NCBI RefSeq assembly: GCF_006345805.1
Contig: NW_021823832.1
Span: 1-21,132, forward strand
Reading direction: 5' to 3'
Length of the DNA: 21,132 bases
DNA from: Octopus sinensis
Lineage: Eukaryota
The notes under the pieces are model-generated. The model was not told the DNA's origin. It did not search any database and worked only from the letters and a program-made list of their open reading frames with translations. Made by a program: the position numbers and the translations under genes. Shown piece by piece: positions 18,093-21,132 of this stretch (the first letter of the stretch is position 1; each line of letters opens with the position of its first letter).

Positions 18093-20846
18093 CGAACCTA
18101 AGAGCCACAACATACAATACTATAAAATACAACCCACATAACCAAACCAAAACGCTACTACCAAACATCCACCCCAGGAACCAACCATACAACCATAACA
18201 AACAACAAATGCACTACGGAGGAAACCCTACCAACACAATATACCTGATGAACTAAGACGGAACACTAGGTTCAACAACAGACTCCAGAACAGAGCACCA
18301 CAAACTCACTCTGACAATTATAACAACATGAGACAGATAAATAATAGCTTTGAACATAACTACACCAACCATTTTTTAGACCTTACACACAGGAACAGGG
18401 ACACACGATGGCAAAGGACAAACAAAAGAAACCTCAGGTAATTAAGATAATCAATCTCTCAAACAAAGAACTTACACCTAGTGAAATAAGCATACTCTCC
18501 AAAGGACTTAAATTTACACCTACCCCACAACGTTCTAATTACTATGAATGAAAGATGAATTTCGGAATTTTGCAGAAAACTAAGACTCACCGAGGCATTT
18601 CAAGAAACAACAAATAGAGGAGGACTCAATAGCTAGAAACAAGAGCAATTACACCCCCACCAAGGGAAGAATAAAGCCTTAGACCGCTATTGTGACTACA
18701 TAACTAATTTCCCTTTCAATTCATCAAGAAACAAAAACACAGCCCTACTTCAACAAAAGAGAATGGAACGACCTCATCAAACTAAGAGAAGACAAAACAA
18801 TAACAATTAAGGAGGCAGATAAGGGCAACGCGATAGTAATAATGAATACAAACGATTATAAAAATTAGTGCTATCCCTATTAAGGGATGAAACGTATTAT
18901 GAAAGGGCCCAACAGTATAACCAGCAAAAAATAATGCATAACCTTAGGACATTAATCAACACATACCAAGAAGGACTCACGAACAAGGAGTATGATACAT
19001 CACTAACTTCAAATGCAAATCGAGTTTGTTCTATGGTATCCCTAAGGTACACAAAAGCCAAACCATTAGAGAAACGTGCAAAACATCCACCAACACACTC
19101 ATCAAAATCCTTCACCAAATGATCTTAACTAAGACCGATAATAGCAGGGCCAGCATGTGAAACTCACCGCCTCAGCAATTTCTTAGACACACTTCTTAAA
19201 CCTTTCCTAAAACACATCAAAAGCTACGTAAGAGATGATATAGATATGCTCAACCACCTCCCTAAAACAGTCAATGAGAAAACCCTTCTAGTATCATTCG
19301 ACGTAGTTAATCTTTATTCTAACATCCCACAACCTAGGAATAGAAGCGATCACCTTCTGGCTGAATAACTACCCCTTTGAACTCCCAACTCGCATAAACA
19401 AAGACCTTATAATAGAAGGACTTAGATTCATTTTAGAGAACAATTATTTTATTTTTGACAATGATTTCTATAGGCAAAGATCGGGAACAGCGATGGGCAC
19501 GCGTACTGCACCATCTTTTGCCAACCTAGTGATGGGATACCTCGAGAAAATACTATACCGGATAACTCGAGAAATATGGAAACACCTTCGCCACCTATCC
19601 ATAGCAACTGGAAAAGATACCTCGATGACTGTTTCATCATCTGGGACAAAGGTATAGAGAAACTTGAGGAATTTAAAATACTATTAATGGAATAAATGAC
19701 AATATACAATTCACGATGGACCACAACGAAAAAGAATTACCATTTTTAGACATCCTCATTAAGAAAACTGGCAACAAAATAGAGACAGATATCTACTATA
19801 AACCGACAGACTCTAAACAGTACCTACCCTTTGATTCATGCCACACTAGAATGAATGTCCCTTTTCGTTTAGCTAGAAGGATTTGCACCATAATATCAGA
19901 CACAAACACCCAACACACACGTCTCCAGGAACTTAGAACCACACTCACAAATAGAAACTATCCACAGCCCCTAATAGACAGTGCAATCCAACGGGTACTT
20001 AAATTAAGTATAGAAGACCTGAGACAAACAAAACCAAAAAAGAAAGAACAATTAAAAACCCTTCCCTACATCTCTACACACAACCCACTCAACAATGAGG
20101 CCTTCAACACCATACTACAAAGCACAGCCCTACTAAAGGAAGACCCAAAGATGAACCGGATCCTCGAAACACACACCATCATTAAAAGTAAACGGCAACC
20201 AAAATCCTTGAAAAGGATTTTAACCCAAGCTACACTGCACTCAACATCAACCACAAAACCAGCAGTTAGAATATGTGGAAGGCCCAACTGCGGAATCTGT
20301 GTCATCTTGAAAGAAGGATCAGAATTTATACTGGAACAAGGCCACCAGTTCACCATTAGAACAAACTTCACCTGCGCATCAGAAAACTTAATCTACGTCA
20401 TAACATGCACAGGCTGCAATAGGCAGTATATAGGCCATACAAAAATAGCTTACGTAACAGGATGGCGGTGCATAAATCACAAATTAGAACCCTGATTACC
20501 GCAAAATACCGGTCAGCGGACACATAGATAGATGTGGCTGGAAATGTAAATCCGAAATTTACAACTACCCGCTCTATAAATTCAGTGACACAACGCAACC
20601 TTCACACAACGCCAAAATAAAGAACTATATTTCATAAAAAAATTTAGACCAAGTTTAAACACCCTGGGCCAGGAATACTAAAACAAAATAAGTCCTCCTC
20701 CGAAAGGAGAAGCAAAATTCCACCACGGCCGCTACCTTAACAGACACTCGCACTGACGAAATATGCCTTAGTAAAAAAGGAAAAAAATCTTTCGTGCAAA
20801 TCTGACCCTGATACATACGATACAGCTAAGGGGCAGACCCGATTCT

Positions 20847-21132
20847 GATTGGTCAACACGTTGATGACATCTAGTTCTACTAGAATGGACAGGATACAAA
20901 CAGGGGACAGTCATTAGTCAGAATATTGATGACGTCCTTTTCTGCTTGACTAGTCACCTAACAAGTACAGACAGGGGGCAGATCTAATGTAGCTATAAGT
21001 CGTGATTGGGCAGAATCTGGATGACGTCCCGTTCTGCTTGACTAAGCCACCTAACGAAGCGACTGGTCAAAACAGGAAACAGACAAGAGGCAGTTATAAT
21101 ACAGCGATTGGTCAAAATGATGATGACGTCCC
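20847..21132 (+). promoter_or_regulatory. Degenerate tandem repeat with four ATTGG-N12-TGACGTC modules (candidate NF-Y/CRE promoter array of the Penelope pLTR)
   Basis: Modules begin at about 20848, 20913, 21005 and 21107; function is inferred. Confidence 0.45.

Larger units (their letters stand above)
17720..21132 (+). mobile_element. Penelope-like element, Neptune type (RT, Cys-rich linker, C-terminal GIY-YIG); ORF frameshifted, ends about 20680; 3' region runs off the window
   Basis: IINLSNKELTPSEISILSKGLKFTPTP, IKEADKGNAIVIM, RPIIAGP, LVSFDVVNLYSNIP, GTAMGTRTAPSFANL, RYLDDCF, LPFLDI, YYKPTDSKQYL, CGRPNCGIC, NLIYVITCTGCNRQYIGHT. Confidence 0.93.

Noticed and set aside
20751-20800. CTGACGA after the Penelope ORF as a fourth hammerhead
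   Set aside because: No convincing stem II followed by GAAA and a cleavage triplet; any pLTR ribozyme probably lies beyond the window.
20847-21132. CRISPR-like repeat-spacer array
   Set aside because: Eukaryotic context, degenerate repeats, mutually related spacers, irregular period and no cas genes.

Overview
AT-rich, microsatellite-dense animal genomic DNA; the repeat families look like those of Octopus/coleoid cephalopods (inference from recall, not verified). The only host gene is mitochondrial Lon protease (LONP1) on the minus strand, with three consecutive internal exons (12847-12963, 5751-5891, 3714-3879) that the ORF track misses. Everything else is intronic: CR1/L2-group LINE fragments, a decayed RTE LINE, a near-complete Neptune-type Penelope-like element (RT plus GIY-YIG), decayed Tigger and Tc1 transposases, a hAT MITE, a probable Helitron 5' end, two SINE families and long (TA)n/(CA)n/(TATG)n arrays. 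The most notable signals are three unrelated minimal type I hammerhead-ribozyme motifs, each in a short module whose 3' end runs into a (TA)n array (one has a perfect core, two lie on the pre-mRNA strand). Also notable are a ~175 bp chimeric inverted repeat bracketing the RTE, a fixed-spacing CCAAT/CRE repeat behind the Penelope ORF, and a covarying 3' stem-loop shared by a LINE and a SINE.
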